Assembly: GCA_047495785.1 (NCBI GenBank)
Contig: JBLDXI010000028.1
Coordinates: 310,001-374,000, forward strand
Direction: 5' to 3'
DNA: 64,000 bases
From: Lepidodermella squamata
Taxonomy: Eukaryota > Animalia > Gastrotricha
In this document: piece after piece, positions 10,387 through 24,754 of the stretch
Numbering within the stretch: position 1 is the first letter of the stretch
How the letters are laid out: each line of letters opens with the position of its first letter
Made by a program: the position numbers and the translations under genes
Notes under the pieces: generated by a model
Told to the model about the DNA's origin: nothing
Seen by the model: only the letters and a program-made list of their open reading frames with translations
The model's database searches: none

Positions 10387-12894
10387 ATGTCCCTTCATTG
10401 GAATAAATTTCTGCTTCTGATCATCATCTCATACTCACACAGCAGTGATGTTGAAAAACGGTTTCCGATGACAATGCAGATGCCTGAGGTGCAATCGGCA
10501 AGCTCTACAGCATCGACGAGGTCGAAAGTACTGCGGATCATCACGCCCGTTTCGTATGGAGGCACGGCCTTACCCCTTGGCCCAACCGTTTTGATCAGCC
10601 AGCAACTAGCTCTTGACTGGCTCCACGGCCAATCGCGATGGCTTCCGAATTATCGTCTGGAATTAGAGCTATTTGACGATGAGGTAAGTTGTGAGTCAGG
10701 TTTGATCTAATGCACCGCACTTTCTGAATCTTCTTAGTCTGATGATGCTGCAATGATCGGCGGTTTGATGTCGAAGCTACTTGAGAACGACGAACTCCCA
10801 AACAGGTTACCTCTGATGGGCCTGGCTGAGTACGCCATGATCAGCCAGCTAGTTACCGCCTACATTATGAAGACTTACGGAACGATAGGGACAAGCACTT
10901 ATCCATTACCTGAAATATTCTTCAAACGGAACAAATTCCCCAACTATGTCTCATTTGGTGAGCGGCAGGACTACTACATGATATCGGTGGCTGAATTTGT
11001 GAGCAGGATGGGCTGGAAACGTGTGGCCTTAATAACAGACACAAATTCCTACAATCAGCTGGTCGAACAGTACCATTTGAACAATCTTGAAGCTAACAAC
11101 ATAACCCTGGCGTATATGGCCAAGTTTAGAGAGACTGCAGATGATGCTTATGAGATGGACTCTACATTCTGGGAGATGAAACAACGCGAACCTCGAATAC
11201 TATTGAACTGCGCCATTAATAGTATTACTGTAGCCTGTTATCTGAACAAATATGGCATGTTTGGCCCTGGTTACGTGATTATTGGGTATTCCTGGACAAA
11301 CTTCGACCACACTACCCCTATTCCAGATATTGTATCGCAATGGTGTACTCGGGAGATGATTCTCCAAGTTCTGCCGAGCACAATTTTCTATGGCGATGCG
11401 CCACTCTCTGATATTTATGGTGCTGATTTCAAAGGCACAACAGGATTGACCAAATTGGAATTTCTAAGCACAGTCAAGTCGGGAGTTGACAACCCCGATC
11501 TCGCGCTAGGGCTAGACTATTGGGGGCCTGCTTACTACGACAAAATAATACTCGTGGGATCTATTCTCAACATAACAGAGTCGATTTTAAACGAGCAAAA
11601 CGAAACGCTCTCAGATTGGACAACAGCCTCGCAGAGATTCAAAAGTAACCCAGGTCGAATTCTGGATGTGATTAAGCGAGCTATAGGTCGGATCAGTTTG
11701 GGTGGCTTGAAAGGTGAATGGAGCTATGACTTGATCAATGACTGGTCAAACGGCTCTATGCCAATCGTTTATACACAGACCCGGATGAAAGGCAACTCTA
11801 CCTACCAAGATGTTATTGGCTACTACAAGTCCAATCAGAAACCGAATAATAGAACCGTCATTTTACGTGACAAGCTCAAATGGTCGACTTCAGGCGGGAG
11901 TGCACCGAAAGACCAGCTCTTTGTTGTATCCCAACAAGAGCCTTTAGTTGCAACTGCAATCAGTTCAACATTTTTCAACATTGCCGCAGTCTTCATATGT
12001 CTTACAACTGGTCTTGCAGTTTCTATTGCGGTGAAACACTGTAAAAAGCAGCAGTATCCATTCGCTTTTTGTGATATCCGAATCCTGGCAGGAAACATCA
12101 TGATGCTGACCAGCATATTTGTGACTCCATTCGGCATCAAAAATGATCCTAGCCTAAGTTGCACCTTTTCGATCGTGCTCGCCGCAATAGGTATATCGAT
12201 AGGTATCGGAACCATTGAAGAAAAATTGAATATAGTTTTGTTGAAACTACGAGTTATCGGTAAGATAAGAGTAGTCCCGTCCAAGCAACTTCTTTTCATT
12301 GCAAACCTATTGATTGTAACCATGGTATGTTATCAACCAATCTCGGCTAAGAAACAACTACTAAGTTACGAATTTTCTAAAACCGACATAAGTTTAGCCT
12401 ATCAATACGAGACGACGGAGTGTGCTGTTGTTGAGTCAATAACCCAATCCCTAGCTTCAACAATCCTTGCGATATTTGCTATCGCTGGGGTTGGAATCTC
12501 ACTGATATCATTAACACTGGCTTCCTTTAAAGTTCAGTCTGTCGTAAAGCGATCTCGAAATTACAGCGATATCGACGCACATTTTCTCGCGGATACCCAT
12601 CGCACTTCACTGTCAGTTTTCATCCTTTTGACTATACTTTTCGCCGGCGTCTTTATTGGTCTGATTGTTGGGTCGAGTAACGCGGCGATGATCGAACTGC
12701 ATGCTTCTATTGTATTCTCGATTGCCACCTTGAATGCTGGGGTAGTGGCAGCCTGTTTGTTTCTGAAAGTTGACCCGGGTATACGCCCATCAACGTCTAT
12801 CCTTGGATTCAGTCGGGGCAGCGGAATTCATCTAACGGCTCGCGATGAGCAGTTATACGCGAACCGAATATCACGGCTATCGCGAAATAACTAA
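10387..12894 (+). CDS. Divergent class C GPCR (GABA-B-receptor-like): signal peptide, Venus flytrap domain, 7TM
   Basis: Exons 10387-10683 and 10738-12894 (54-nt GT-AG intron, phase 0). LPNYRLELELFDD, KFPNYV, MGWKRVALI and YGMFGPGYVII are GABA-B-like VFT motifs. No Cys-rich linker. Seven hydrophobic segments at the C-terminus. Confidence 0.8.
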
Positions 12895-13263
12895 TAATGA
12901 GTGTTTGCTAATGACTCGGCGTTTCGAAAGGGAAGCAATCCGAGAGAAATTGACTTGAAAATGTCAAGTTTTACTGCTTCACCATAATTTTGCAAAGATG
13001 TTAGTTTTTTAAAATTACTTAAATTTCATCAATTTTCCAACCTCCAGCTCTGCCGGTTTTTATTTCAATCATAGAAAATTCACTGAAAATCGGGCTTTTG
13101 AATCAAAACAAATCTTCTGTGTTCGGTATGGAGCCCGACGTACCTGCCGTTATTTTTTTGCCGATATTTTGCGCTACGTCGCGAGTGCATGTTGCCACAG
13201 ACTTCTCGGTAGTGTAGCAATGAAGCGCCACCTGTTCGACGCGGTGCAAGTGGCTTCAACTTA

Positions 13264-13458
13264 CAGTGCTCCCTCGATAACTATGCACCCCCGCTATCAA
13301 CACACCCTCTTTAATTGCAACTGTTTTTTGGACTCACAGCTGTCGCGTGGCACCATCATCTGTTTTAAGCAAAAAAACGCTAATCCCTCGTTAACTGTTT
13401 CCCTCGATAATTTCACGGGTCTGGACCCCGACCCCGTGCAGTTATCGAGGGAGCACTG
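13264..13458. mobile_element. Tc1/mariner/pogo-type MITE (~195 bp)
   Basis: TIR CAGTGCTCCCTCGATAACT / AGTTATCGAGGGAGCACTG, flanked by TA on both sides. Confidence 0.8.
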
Positions 13459-13507
13459 TATTACCATAAATGAAATCTCGCAATTCTGTCGACATGGAAT
13501 TTTATTA

Positions 13508-14496
13508 GCTCAATTCCGGGCCCATATTAGTTCCGTCCGTCCCCAAAGCGTCGGTTGCGCAATTGGAGGGTAAAAGTGGACTTAACGTAAAACGTAAAAA
13601 GTCGAAAATTTTAGAAATTTCTAGGCCGCGCGCGGTAAAGTCAAAGGGCAAGTTTTGATTATTTGGGCGGTTTTTATACTAAAAGACGATTCAGAAAATT
13701 CTCTATCGAATAGATATGGATTTGTTGAGGGAAAAAAGAACGGAAAACAGTTTTACGTACAACTTCACTTTTGTGGAGCGAGTGCGCGCGCTCTCAACTC
13801 AGCGCTCAGAGCTCTCAACTCGCTCTCAGCGCGCGGAATTTAGAGTGCGCGTAAAACTTTTTTATTTCAATTTTTTCGCGCGAGAACACCATATTCAATC
13901 GATAGAGAATTGTCCGAATTATTTTTTAGTATAAAAACCGACGCGGTATTTGAAAGTAACCCTTTAACATCTTTGCGCGCGGTTTTGAATTTGTTAAAAA
14001 TCAGAACTTGGCTCACGCGCATCAGTTGAATTATTTTTATAAATTCAAAACCGCGCGCAAAGATGTTAAAGGGTTACTTTCAAATACCGCGTCGGTTTTT
14101 ATACTAAAAAATAATTCGGACAATTCTCTATCGATTGAATATGGTGTTCTCGCGCGAAAAAATTGAAAAAAAAAAGTTTTACGCGCACTCTAAATTCCGC
14201 GCGGTGTTCCGGAGCGCGCACACGCGCAAATGAAAAGTTAGAGTGCGTGGAAAACCTTTTAATTTTAAATTTTCTCGCGATAAACCCATATTCATTTGAT
14301 AGAGAATTAATTAAACTTCATTTTGGAATAAAAACCGCTAGGATATTTGAAACTACCCCTTTGACATCAGCGCGCGCGGCCAAAATTTTGTTTAAAATTT
14401 CGACTTAGCGTTTTACGTTAAGTCCACTTTTACCCTCCAATTGCGCAACCGACGCTTGGGGGACGGACGGAACTAATATGGGCCCGGAATTGAGCC
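13508..14496. mobile_element. Foldback element, ~990-bp nested palindrome with 8-bp TSD
   Basis: ~88-bp near-perfect TIRs (13508-13595 / 14409-14495); inner ~165-bp near-perfect inverted repeat (13830-13992 / 14040-14203); TTTTATTA at 13500-13507 and 14497-14504. Confidence 0.85.
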
Positions 14497-17400
14497 TTTT
14501 ATTACTATCCAGGTACCCCATCAGTCGACTTTAAAAGCCGCGCGCTGACGCACTTTTTATTACTTGTCCTGCTGTTGTGTGGTAATAAACTTTTCTGCTT
14601 CGTAAAACCCGTTTCAGGCTATTTTTTATAGCAGAGATTTACGAACGGTAAAAACGCGTGTTCATATTCCTGAACAGTTCATCCCGCATGTTAATTTATG
14701 CGGGCCAAGTAAGTTTTCATCTAATCTTTGGATGTCTGCGTATGGCATGTGGCAGATGGCAGACAGTAGCTTGAGCTTTTGACACGCTAAACCGTTGCTT
14801 ACTTTCCTGGTAGCATATACCTATTATTTACGATTCACGGATTTTTCGCTCGGAAATATAACTCCGCTATAATCAACAGAACAGTTCCACCTTCACCCTT
14901 TCGAATTCATCGTCCGAGGGCCCGTTTTATGGCGGTATTCTGGACCGTCCTGCGGCTGTAACTAGTCAGCGCTTTCCGGGCCATCGCAAACTGGCCTCGA
15001 GCAACTGCTCCGGAACCGGAATTGCTCGTCAAGGCGAGTTGGTGGTAAATTCGGCTGCCGATTGCAGCCGACAATGAAGCATTTTTCGCCTTTTCCTCGT
15101 TTAATTGAATCGAAAGCTGCAGATGCTACTCATCGAAAATCGGAATTACCCACAATAGTAAGAAAGTTTTTAGTCAACTAATTAAATTTAACTTTTACGT
15201 TTCAATTTCCTAGCAGAGATCTCTGGCGTTCGGCTTTGTTCCTGATTCCCGAAAGCTCCAACTGTTTCGCAGTCTGATCGCAGTTATAAGCCAGGTTTTC
15301 TTCTCATTTCTGTCACATCTTCCGCCTCAATAATAGCTCTTCGCTAACATTAAAAAATCTCGCATTAATTTCGCCTAAACACATTTAATCAAGGAAATCA
15401 TAACAATAATTGCCTTCTGCATAGGGAAGAGTAATCGTCAAATTTCAATATTAGTCTGTCGACATATATTTCAACATTAGGTTTATGATTGATGCGTGTC
15501 ATGATTCTGCAAAGTCTTGAGTGTATGTAATTGTTTTGAAAATATTGAAAAATGCCCGAATTTCTTAAGCAAAATTTTCCAAAAATTGAAACATAATTTG
15601 ATTCGAAATTCCTATAGCAGCAGGGGGTTTTGATGAGCTGGGGTTGTTTTCGGCAATTCTTTCGGAATATTGGGATTATCGGAAAATTTGGCTGATGATT
15701 GCAAACCTGCGTTGTAGACGTAGCCAAAAATCTAAAAATACAAAATAACTATACGCCGTGGGATTTTCTTTTTAAAACCTTAAAATAGAAATAGAAGATA
15801 AGCGGAGAAAGATTAAATTCACAGGATAATGCGATCAAGAGTGGGCCTTTCAGTCGATGATTTTCGTTTTTTCAAAGATGAAGCCAGCAATAGTAAGACA
15901 TCTACCTAAGCTTGTAGCCCGAATTTCGGGAATCCAGCGTCTAGCGTGTCATAGGCATTACCTTATGTTCAACTGCCACGAGATGCCTTGTCTTCTTCAA
16001 CACGATTATTGATTGTGTCTGCGAGGCGCACGAACTCAGCGTTCGTTTGATTGAGCGTGTGTTCGATTGATTGTGATGTGCAGCCAGGTTATTTACAAGG
16101 ACGTTCAGCTCGCACAGCTTTTGCGCAGGCACGTAGAGCTGAGACTTTTCCCGAAAAAAGCGCAACCCATCATTTGATTCGTTTTTAAGTTGAATTTGTT
16201 GGCAAGCACACAACGTAACCAACCGCTTCTCAACGCACATTCTATACAGCGGAACTTGATCTTCTACAGTAAGTCTACAGTGCCAGGAGGTGTTTCCTCA
16301 CTCTGAAAATAAGACTGCAGATCAATGCGAGCTCACGATAAAATCAGACTCCGTTTATCACTTTTCTCGCTGAGGTTTATCAAAGATCGGAACCAATCGC
16401 CAATCTTTTTGTTTCATGCCTTCAATTTGAATATTTCGGTTCGTTTTCGTATTCGGTTCGTGGCTAAAGCGACAGCTGAGGCATGCATGCGCAAATATTA
16501 TTATGTTATTTACGGCTGCACATATGCAATCCCAATTGCACGTTCTACCGGTCGGATCGGGGTACCTCAACCCGAAGGTTGTGCACCTGCGACTCTAGTT
16601 ATTCCAAGTCTTCAAACGCTGCGGAAAACGCCCGCCGCGCTACCTCAATTGTTGCATTCAACAAAACGTAAAATTAGCAAGTATATTTTAGTTACACCCA
16701 CTGCGTGCGCATGCATTACTGTTGCTGAGTATTGATAATAAGGGTTGCTCGACACCCGGCTGGGTTTGCGGAGGATGTTGCTGCTGCCATGCACACTGTG
16801 GACGTGGTGGTTGTTGTTGCCCCTGCGATTGTGCCGCCAGTTGAACTGGTCCTTGTTGTGGGACAGCATTGGGTCCGTGAACCACCCCCACTGCACCCCC
16901 ACGCCGCATCGGCGTGCTGATGGCGCAGGCGGGCACGCGCGGCTGGCTCGAATCTCTTAAGGAGCTTGTTAAATTGATATTGTTGGTAGCTACACAGCCG
17001 GATGGTCTCATCCAAGAGGGTGAGTTGCGTGTTAATAGCTTCCACCGATCGTACCATTGCTGTTGGTGCTATGAGGCTGAATAAGCACAGAATTATATTT
17101 ACGCAACGATTTTATTTGATTATAACGAACAACGAACCGGTGGTGGTCCATGCTATCCATTATCTTCTTCATGGTTGATGCCTCCGTTGCCAGAACTTGG
17201 TGTACAGCGACTACCATACCGCATGTATTCTTCCGGCATATTCACCAGCTTGGAAGCATTTGCTGTAGTCGTTAACAAGATTCACGACGTAATAGTTGTC
17301 TTGCTGGCGAGGTTACATGAAACCATTATTGATATTGGTAAAGTGAAAACAAAAAACTTGAATTATTTTGCGACAATTATTAGGCGAGTGTATTTCAGAA

Positions 17401-20400
17401 TTCACGTTTGAATGTTATATGGAAATATTTATGTGTGTGGAGTCTGTCAGTACTACTAATTATTTATATCCTTTCTCATGACCAGGTAGTCACAAGCCCC
17501 GCCGAGTGGGCTATTGGTTGGCCAAAAAAGCTAAAATATGTTTAAGGTGGATTCCACAAGCAGGGTAATTACCAGCGCCAAAATAGACCTGATGCTGCCA
17601 GCCCATGATGAGCCGGGTCTGGGGATTTTTCTCTTGGTAAACTATTTTTCAATCGGGACAAAATTATCACAAGCATCACTGGCTAGTCTTGAACGCAAGC
17701 AGTCGTCAGAAATCAACCTGGTGATGCGTTGCTATATTATAAAAGGCTCGAAGCTTCCAAGCTACGGCGTCCTATGACCCATAGTACGTCCGAGTACGTC
17801 TTAGTTAGTGTCATGACTTGGGAATTAATTACATGGGAATCATGGGTAATGGTCCTCTCGGAATGTTTTAACAAAAATTATTTGGTAGTTTCATCAAACC
17901 CTTTCAAGCCTTTCGTAAGGAAATATCAGTATTTGTTCTAAACAGAAAGATTTAACGATTTAAGAAAAAATAAATTGTTAAAAATCTGAAAAAATTAGAA
18001 TTTTCGTTAAATTTTGGCATTTTTCAATATTTTTCAATTTTGCGAAATCTACAATATTGATATGCTTTATTGCTCTACTACCTTTTCTATGATCCAGTAT
18101 TGTCGCTTCTAAAATTTTGCTGTAATTAATGAAACCGATTTGTTGATGCGATCTGTTGTGGAAATCTTGAAGTGGAGAATAAATCGCAATTGGCCTTATT
18201 TCGGCTGTTTTCTGTTAAAGATGACGAATAATTTGCGACGAGTTTTCACAGATTGACGCTTCACATGAATCTACGCATGAAATTACCATTTATTTATGCT
18301 TGAAATATTTCCCGAAAAATTAGTAGTGCAATTGGACCTACGCATGCCACGCAACTGCCTATATACTTAAGATAAAACGCAAAAAAATGAAGAAGAATAA
18401 ACCGCAGACTCGAATTTTATTTTTTATTTTGTTTAAAAGCGAATACTAATCGGGCTTTTCCGAAATGTCTTATAAACATGCGCTTAAATCGTAAAAATCT
18501 GGAGCAACTTTTTGGGTTTTATCGCTTTATTTTAAACAATTCCTTGCATTTTAGCTTTTTAATACAACTTTATAACGAAAAATTAGCTTCTAAATTATAA
18601 AATGTTCGAATCTTCCGTGAAATTCGCTGAATTCTACCCCAATCGAAATTTGTGGCTGAAGGCTAGAAAGCATAAATTGCAACATGTAAGCTCAGCACTC
18701 GACATCCTCGCGCTATTTACTTCGCCTCAACAACATTTCGAAATTCTGAAATTTATTGCGCAGCTGTCAAACTCGTCTGGCGGCATACCATACAGATTTA
18801 TATCAAGTAGCCCAGGGCCTGGGAAATTATGCTCGAAATGCCGTTTCTCGAATAATCCACAGAGGCCCATGCGTTATGTTTTAAAAAAATAAAATATGTC
18901 ACGTCCCAAACGAGCGCCGCTTAGTTGCGTTTTTCTCGCGAACAATTTACCGAGAGAGACGTGTGCGCATCACCCGTGTTTGACGCCCAAGTGCGCGCCT
19001 GCTGAAATTCTCATCACACAGCAGACATTTTTTCGCGACATCAAGCATGCGGCGTGGCATTTTATTACCATCGAGGTATCTGTTGCGAAGACCGTGCAAT
19101 GTGACCTTGGAATGCCGCGCGATGAGCGCGATGACCCATATTTTTTATTGCACTCCTTTTCGCTAGGTAATAAAATTTCCAGTGTAATGACCTATAAACG
19201 CTCGCGATGGCGAGCTAGCTTTCGGACACACATAATGTTTAATGTGAAAAATTCGCAACAGCTCTAACCTTTTTCTTATTCCTCGGGCAAATATTTTCGG
19301 CTGGCCGTCGGATAAATTTCACAATTATTTCAATTTCATCGTTATTATAACGTAGATTTTTTCATATCATGGGTTCTCTGCTAAAATCGAGAATGGCTGA
19401 ATAAAACTGTGTTAATCACGCTCTGTCAATCCGATTGTGGGTGGCAGGGGCTGCAATCCGCGTCAAGCTCAACTTCTAATTGGTTGATCCCTGCGAGTTT
19501 CGAACGAAAGCCAGGCGCATCGCCTGACGTCCTTCATCGCCCGCGGCTCATCAAACGGTCGCCAATTTCTGCGCTGAGTATGTATTCAAATCAACTGTGT
19601 AAAGTTAGATCTTGGGCCGGGACGATGTTCGTTAGCTGAAGTGACCTAACATTGAAAATTCTGCATCGGATTTTGCAGGATTTGAAGGATATAACTTGGA
19701 AAAATTCTCCTGATTATTGGACAACATTACTTTTACATTCACCTGTGATTAAATAATAATCCGTCGATTAAATTATAGGGCAAAATTGAAAATCAGGAAA
19801 TCAGGATTCGAGGTCTGCAATTTAGGGCTCGCTCACCCAAAAAGCTGAGAACGGTTCCCGTCCGACTATGAACTATTATATTTTACAGTCCCGTAAGTAA
19901 CGCAAGCAAACAAAATACACGAAAACTCTAAAATGAGGGACTATGGCCAGACAATTTTCAGAAAAGTTCGAAAATCACGAGAATAGTAACGTAGTATATG
20001 TCTCTTGTTAATGGGATCAAAATGTCCGGAGAAATTCTGTCCAACAAGGTAAAATACCGAAATTTACCGAACCAGTTACCTCTCTCTCAGCATGTTTAAT
20101 TTCAAAAAAATTAGTTTGATTTCCTACAAAAAATTTGCCAAATAGTTGCGCAACTTCTGGGACACGCTGTAGTGAATTGAAAATTCCCGATAGACTATTA
20201 GGTTAAATGAACCGAAACCTTCTAGAAACTTGATTTACTCCTCGCTCATTTTTTATATTATTTCTTTTTAGAATCATCGTTCACGTTCACTATGGATGGA
20301 ATCCCATGGAAAAATCCGAATAGCGCTCTCCCTAACTTTAAATACAGGTGAGACAATTTTCAAGGTATATAAATTGTTTTAAAACCTGAAAATCTCGATT

Positions 20401-21099
20401 TCTTTCAGCGCTCAGATACGGCGGCAATTGGAACGAAAATTATAAGCAGTATTTCTTGAGTTTTCCCATATACTAATGGTAAAAAAATTCTCGATATTTG
20501 CAAGCTTGCTTGGAATGATTTTTGCCAATTAGGAATACCTATTCAAAAGTTGCACTTTCTGCAAAATCGGCAATTCATCGCTGTTATGGTGCGGCAGCCG
20601 GCAGCGGCATCAACGCATCTTCAGGTTTTCCCGCGCTACTTTTTTTGATGAATTCTTCGCCTTTCCTCCACTTTGTTGTACTATTTTCACTTCGTCATCT
20701 CGTTGAAAATTTGTTGAAAAATGCCTAAAACCCAAAAGTCTCCTATTTTTCGCCATTCCGTTTTTCGAAATGCATCGACATGCATTAATTAATTGGGGAA
20801 ATGGCTCATGCCTTTTAACCGTTTACTGCCCACTCATAGAAAGCCGGGGGGTAGGGTAGTAAAACGACATGATTTATATGTAATTGACTATGAGAAGAAA
20901 GAAAAAAAATATTTCAGATGTTTAAAGTCCGAATTCGACGATTAAGTTCGATCGGCTTGTAAAGAATATTCAGCCAGAGCTTTATTTGCTTACTTGTCGC
21001 CGGCGTTTAGGAAAGAAATTGCAAAATAACCTGGTTGAAGGTCTTTAGGCAGAAAAATGCCACTATAGTAGAATATTATTCCTGTTTGTAGATGTGAAT

Positions 21100-21560
21100 A
21101 TATATAATGGGTCCTCAACACGTTGAAGATCCGCGATAAGGTCCGACAGATTGTGCTTTGCGGTTTCTATCCGATTTGTGAGGCATATAACCTCGAGAGA
21201 TCTATACGATTATGGGATATTTTTCATGGTTTACTTGGACGATTCTCAAGCGCCAGGCAAAAAGATCCAGTTAAGCAAATTCCGTTGTGCAAGCGTCAGG
21301 TCAACGGTCGTTATGGTCTCTAGCAATGACGTTTGCTCCTTCAACTATTAGATATTTAACGGCGTCAGCCGATCTGTACAGGTGTATACCACAGTGTCGA
21401 CGCATCGGCGCCGGCATCGACCAACCGCGACAGCGACGCGGCTCAGACGGTCTTATTCGCCGACGCGCGTATGAGCATCGTTTCTTTTTCATACACTCTT
21501 CCTCTGGCATGGAATCTATATTATACGGAAGACGGAAGAAATGTTGCTTCGATTGAATGT
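21100..21560 (-). pseudogene. Degenerate ankyrin-repeat gene copy
   Basis: EKETMLIRASANKTV*AASLSRLVDAGADASTLWYTP, then a frameshift to SADAVKYLIVEGANVIARDHNDR*; homologous to the neighbouring copy. Confidence 0.7.
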
Positions 21561-21807
21561 GATAGCAGCCATTTATATACCAGAGCGTTGTACTTGGGTT
21601 CCTTGATGATGAGTGCGTTTTGAAATCTCGACTTTAGCTCAGCCATTTTGAAGTGTCGTATTATTTTACACAACATTTTGCACACGAACATCCAACTCCC
21701 ACGAACTTCCAACATTATTTATTGCGAAAATTATTGGTGAGCTACAAAGCAAAAGCAGACATAATGATTACTTGGCGCGTCATAGATGGTACTTTAGCAC
21801 TCCTAGA

Positions 21808-22480
21808 TCATCTTCGCGGTCTACTTAGCTGTTTTTCAACTGCCGGGCTGAGAATATCCCATTTGGCATAGTCTCTTGTGCAATGGTCAGGCCGACACTT
21901 GTTGAAATTCTCCGCCATGACATTTGCACCTTGTTGCACCAAGTATCCTACTGTCGAGGCCGATCCTGATTCAGCAGCCGCATGAAGAGGTGTGGTACGC
22001 CACAGTGTTGATGCGGCGTACCACACCCAGCAGCTCCTGCCTCGATCATTCGCGACAGCGATATGACAGATATTATGGTCTTATTGGCTGATGCGCGTAT
22101 AAATATTGTCTCTTTTTCGCGTACTGTGTCACCGTAAGGACCAACGAAGCTCGTTTCGAACCACTCGTTCGGATTAGCTCCCGCCATCCCTGAAGTATAA
22201 AAATATTATTAGTTATTTTATAATTAAGCATCGTCATATTATTATACCGAGAAGGGTTTCTATAATAACTTCTGTAACCCGTGGGTTATCTATCATGTCA
22301 TAGAGCGCCGTTGATGCATTGTAATATGTAGCTAGATATCGACATATCGTGTCGACCTGAGGCGAGTTTGGGAAATGTGTTATATCGAAAATTAGCGCTT
22401 CATATTGAGTGCGATCAGGGTAGGTTGAGATTATATATTCTTCTTTGGCTTGTTTATCAGATGTCTCCTTAACCCACACC
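21808..22480 (-). pseudogene. Ankyrin-repeat protein gene with a frameshift near 22027
   Basis: TTPLHAAAESGSASTVGYLVQQGANV is a canonical ankyrin repeat; GT-AG intron ~22192-22247; a frame change is needed after MIEAGA. Confidence 0.65.
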
Positions 22481-24532
22481 TGGGGCGAATTGAGATACTT
22501 GAACTTTCGGAATCAGGACCCTTTGAAACGTGTGAATATGCAATAAAATCAGGGGGTAATTTTTTTTCACTGCCCGCAACTCGCCCCAAATGACGGTATT
22601 ACGCAGTTGTGATAATTAGCCACATCGAGGCATATACCTATTTTTCATGAGAGGCGAATTTTGACGGTATGTTATATGAAATAACACAGCATCTTATTTA
22701 GTATGGTCGTTTGGAAGCAATTTAATGTTGAACTCGGAACAACCGTTGTGCTTCACACTTCACTGCTGTTATACATAGCAATATGACATCATTAAATCAG
22801 TGCGAGGCAGTCTCCGATTTATCAATCGGATTTATCTCGCTATATGTCTTGTTTCAGTTCCTCGATTTTCCAAATCGTCAAACGCTGCGGACAACGTCCA
22901 CCGAAATTGACCCAACAGCTGTTCGCCATCTGACTGACTTGTAACTGCTGCGACTCCATTTTAGAAATTAGTAGAAACCTAAAAAATTACGAATAATAAT
23001 TCAACAAAAAATAGCAACTTTTTTTATATTTTTTGGAATTTATATGCTTAGGTATGTGGGTATAAATTGCATGACTAATTGTTCAACTTTCACGCGTAAA
23101 GCTCAAGCGTGACCTTGACCGTGAGAAAATTCAAATTAGAAATTAGATGATTATAAAATGAGTAGTAGGACCGGAGTAAACCGTGACGGTTTTTTCTGGA
23201 TTCAAAATTAAAAAATATGCCCACGGTGGATTTTCACGCCAAAATAACCTTAACCCCAAGCAATTTACTCGCGTGGTGAAAGGTTGCGCGTGAACGTATA
23301 AAGCTGATTCTATTCTTTGTAGGTCTTATATCAGGTCGGAAAGCGTGTTTTTGACATGTTCGATTCTGTTCGTGAGGCATATCGCCTCGAGAGATCAAAC
23401 GCCGTGCTAAAGTCGAGTAGGTAAAGTGATAATGATTGGATAAATATACTTACAATGCCCGAAAAGTGGCTGTTACCTGCTCCATGACTAACGGTGAACA
23501 TGAGAAATGAAAGAAATATTCTTAGTGGTCAAGATGAATGATACACACACAAAAAAACACATCGTACACGACTTATAAATTGATAGGTAATTGTTTTTCT
23601 CGAATCGAGAACTACTAAAATGAAACTATAAACGTTGAATGTAAAAATGACAACAATTAGCAAGATAATCTTCAGTAATTTCTGAAATTGTTTCAAGCCT
23701 CCAACAAAAAATTACAGAATAATTAAAATTATTAATTTGGGTTCGAAGGGGAATGAACTTATTGGAAAAGTACAAATAAATTAAATTGGCCAGTTCATTC
23801 ATGCTGTCGATGCTTTTTCGAAAAAAAATTGGAATTATTTCACTTTTGATTTTTCGATGTTTTGGGCATTTTTCGAATATTTTGTGCGAAATTTGATGAA
23901 AACTCTTGCTCTTATACCATTGTTCGATTCACGTTTCTTACAACTCAGCAGTTTTACTGTTCATCTTCTGATTTTATTGATGCAAAGTTGAATTTCTCTA
24001 CGGTCATGCGGTTTGTGGAGAATAAAATGAAGAAACTCGCAACTTTCGGTATTTTTTTTTATTTTAATCCATAAAGATCAGGGTCTGCTGTTGCTGAGAC
24101 GGAGTAAAGTTGTGCGATGAAAATGATCGGCGGTAATCGAAGCATCGCTAATATTCACTTTTGCTCCGAAAGTTCAAAGTCTTAGTGAAATTTGCGTTGA
24201 TTTTGTTTGCTCTATCTGTTATTTTTCATTTGATTTGTGAAAATTGCTACAGCTACACTTTTCGTGCTATCAGCCTTAACGCCGACGGATGATTATCTCA
24301 GGCCGAATCCCATTCGGTATTTAATCCACAAGATGCGCATTTTCGGCCACGTCATCCAATTTGCTGCCCTTAGCGCTTTTCGTTTGGCCGGCGCTGTTTT
24401 GCATAACCGCTGAAATCCGCAGAAATCTGAATCTGACATGAGACCGCAAGCTCAAGTTGCCTTCAAAGGGATGCATTCCAATTGGTCCGTCGAACGGTCG
24501 ATGAATACTAGTTCCTTTAGCAGACCAGGCTA

Positions 24533-24754
24533 CTATAGCCATGTGACGTAGATATTGACGGACGCAGGACTACCCCGATTTTTTGCCTGAGCCACAAAAC
24601 ACGAATATTCAGAAATTCGGCCCGGCCTCTGCATCAAAACAATACAAAATCGAACGAGATAATCGAACGAGAGACATTATCTTTTTCGCGATTTTTTCAG
24701 GCAAAAAATCGGGGTAGTCCTGCGTCCGTCGACATCTACGTCACATGACTATAG
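24533..24754. mobile_element. MITE (~222 bp) with ~58-bp TIRs, TA TSD
   Basis: CTATAGCCATGTGACGTAGAT...TTTTTTGCCTGA pairs with TCAGGCAAAAAA...TACGTCACATGACTATAG; TA on both flanks. Confidence 0.8.

Noticed and set aside
13169-14408. ORFs of 62-134 aa
   Set aside because: They lie in or across MITE/foldback DNA and have no protein motifs.
16325-17411. Overlapping Gln/Thr-rich ORFs
   Set aside because: Low-complexity frames on both strands; I could not build a consistent spliced model or recognise a domain.
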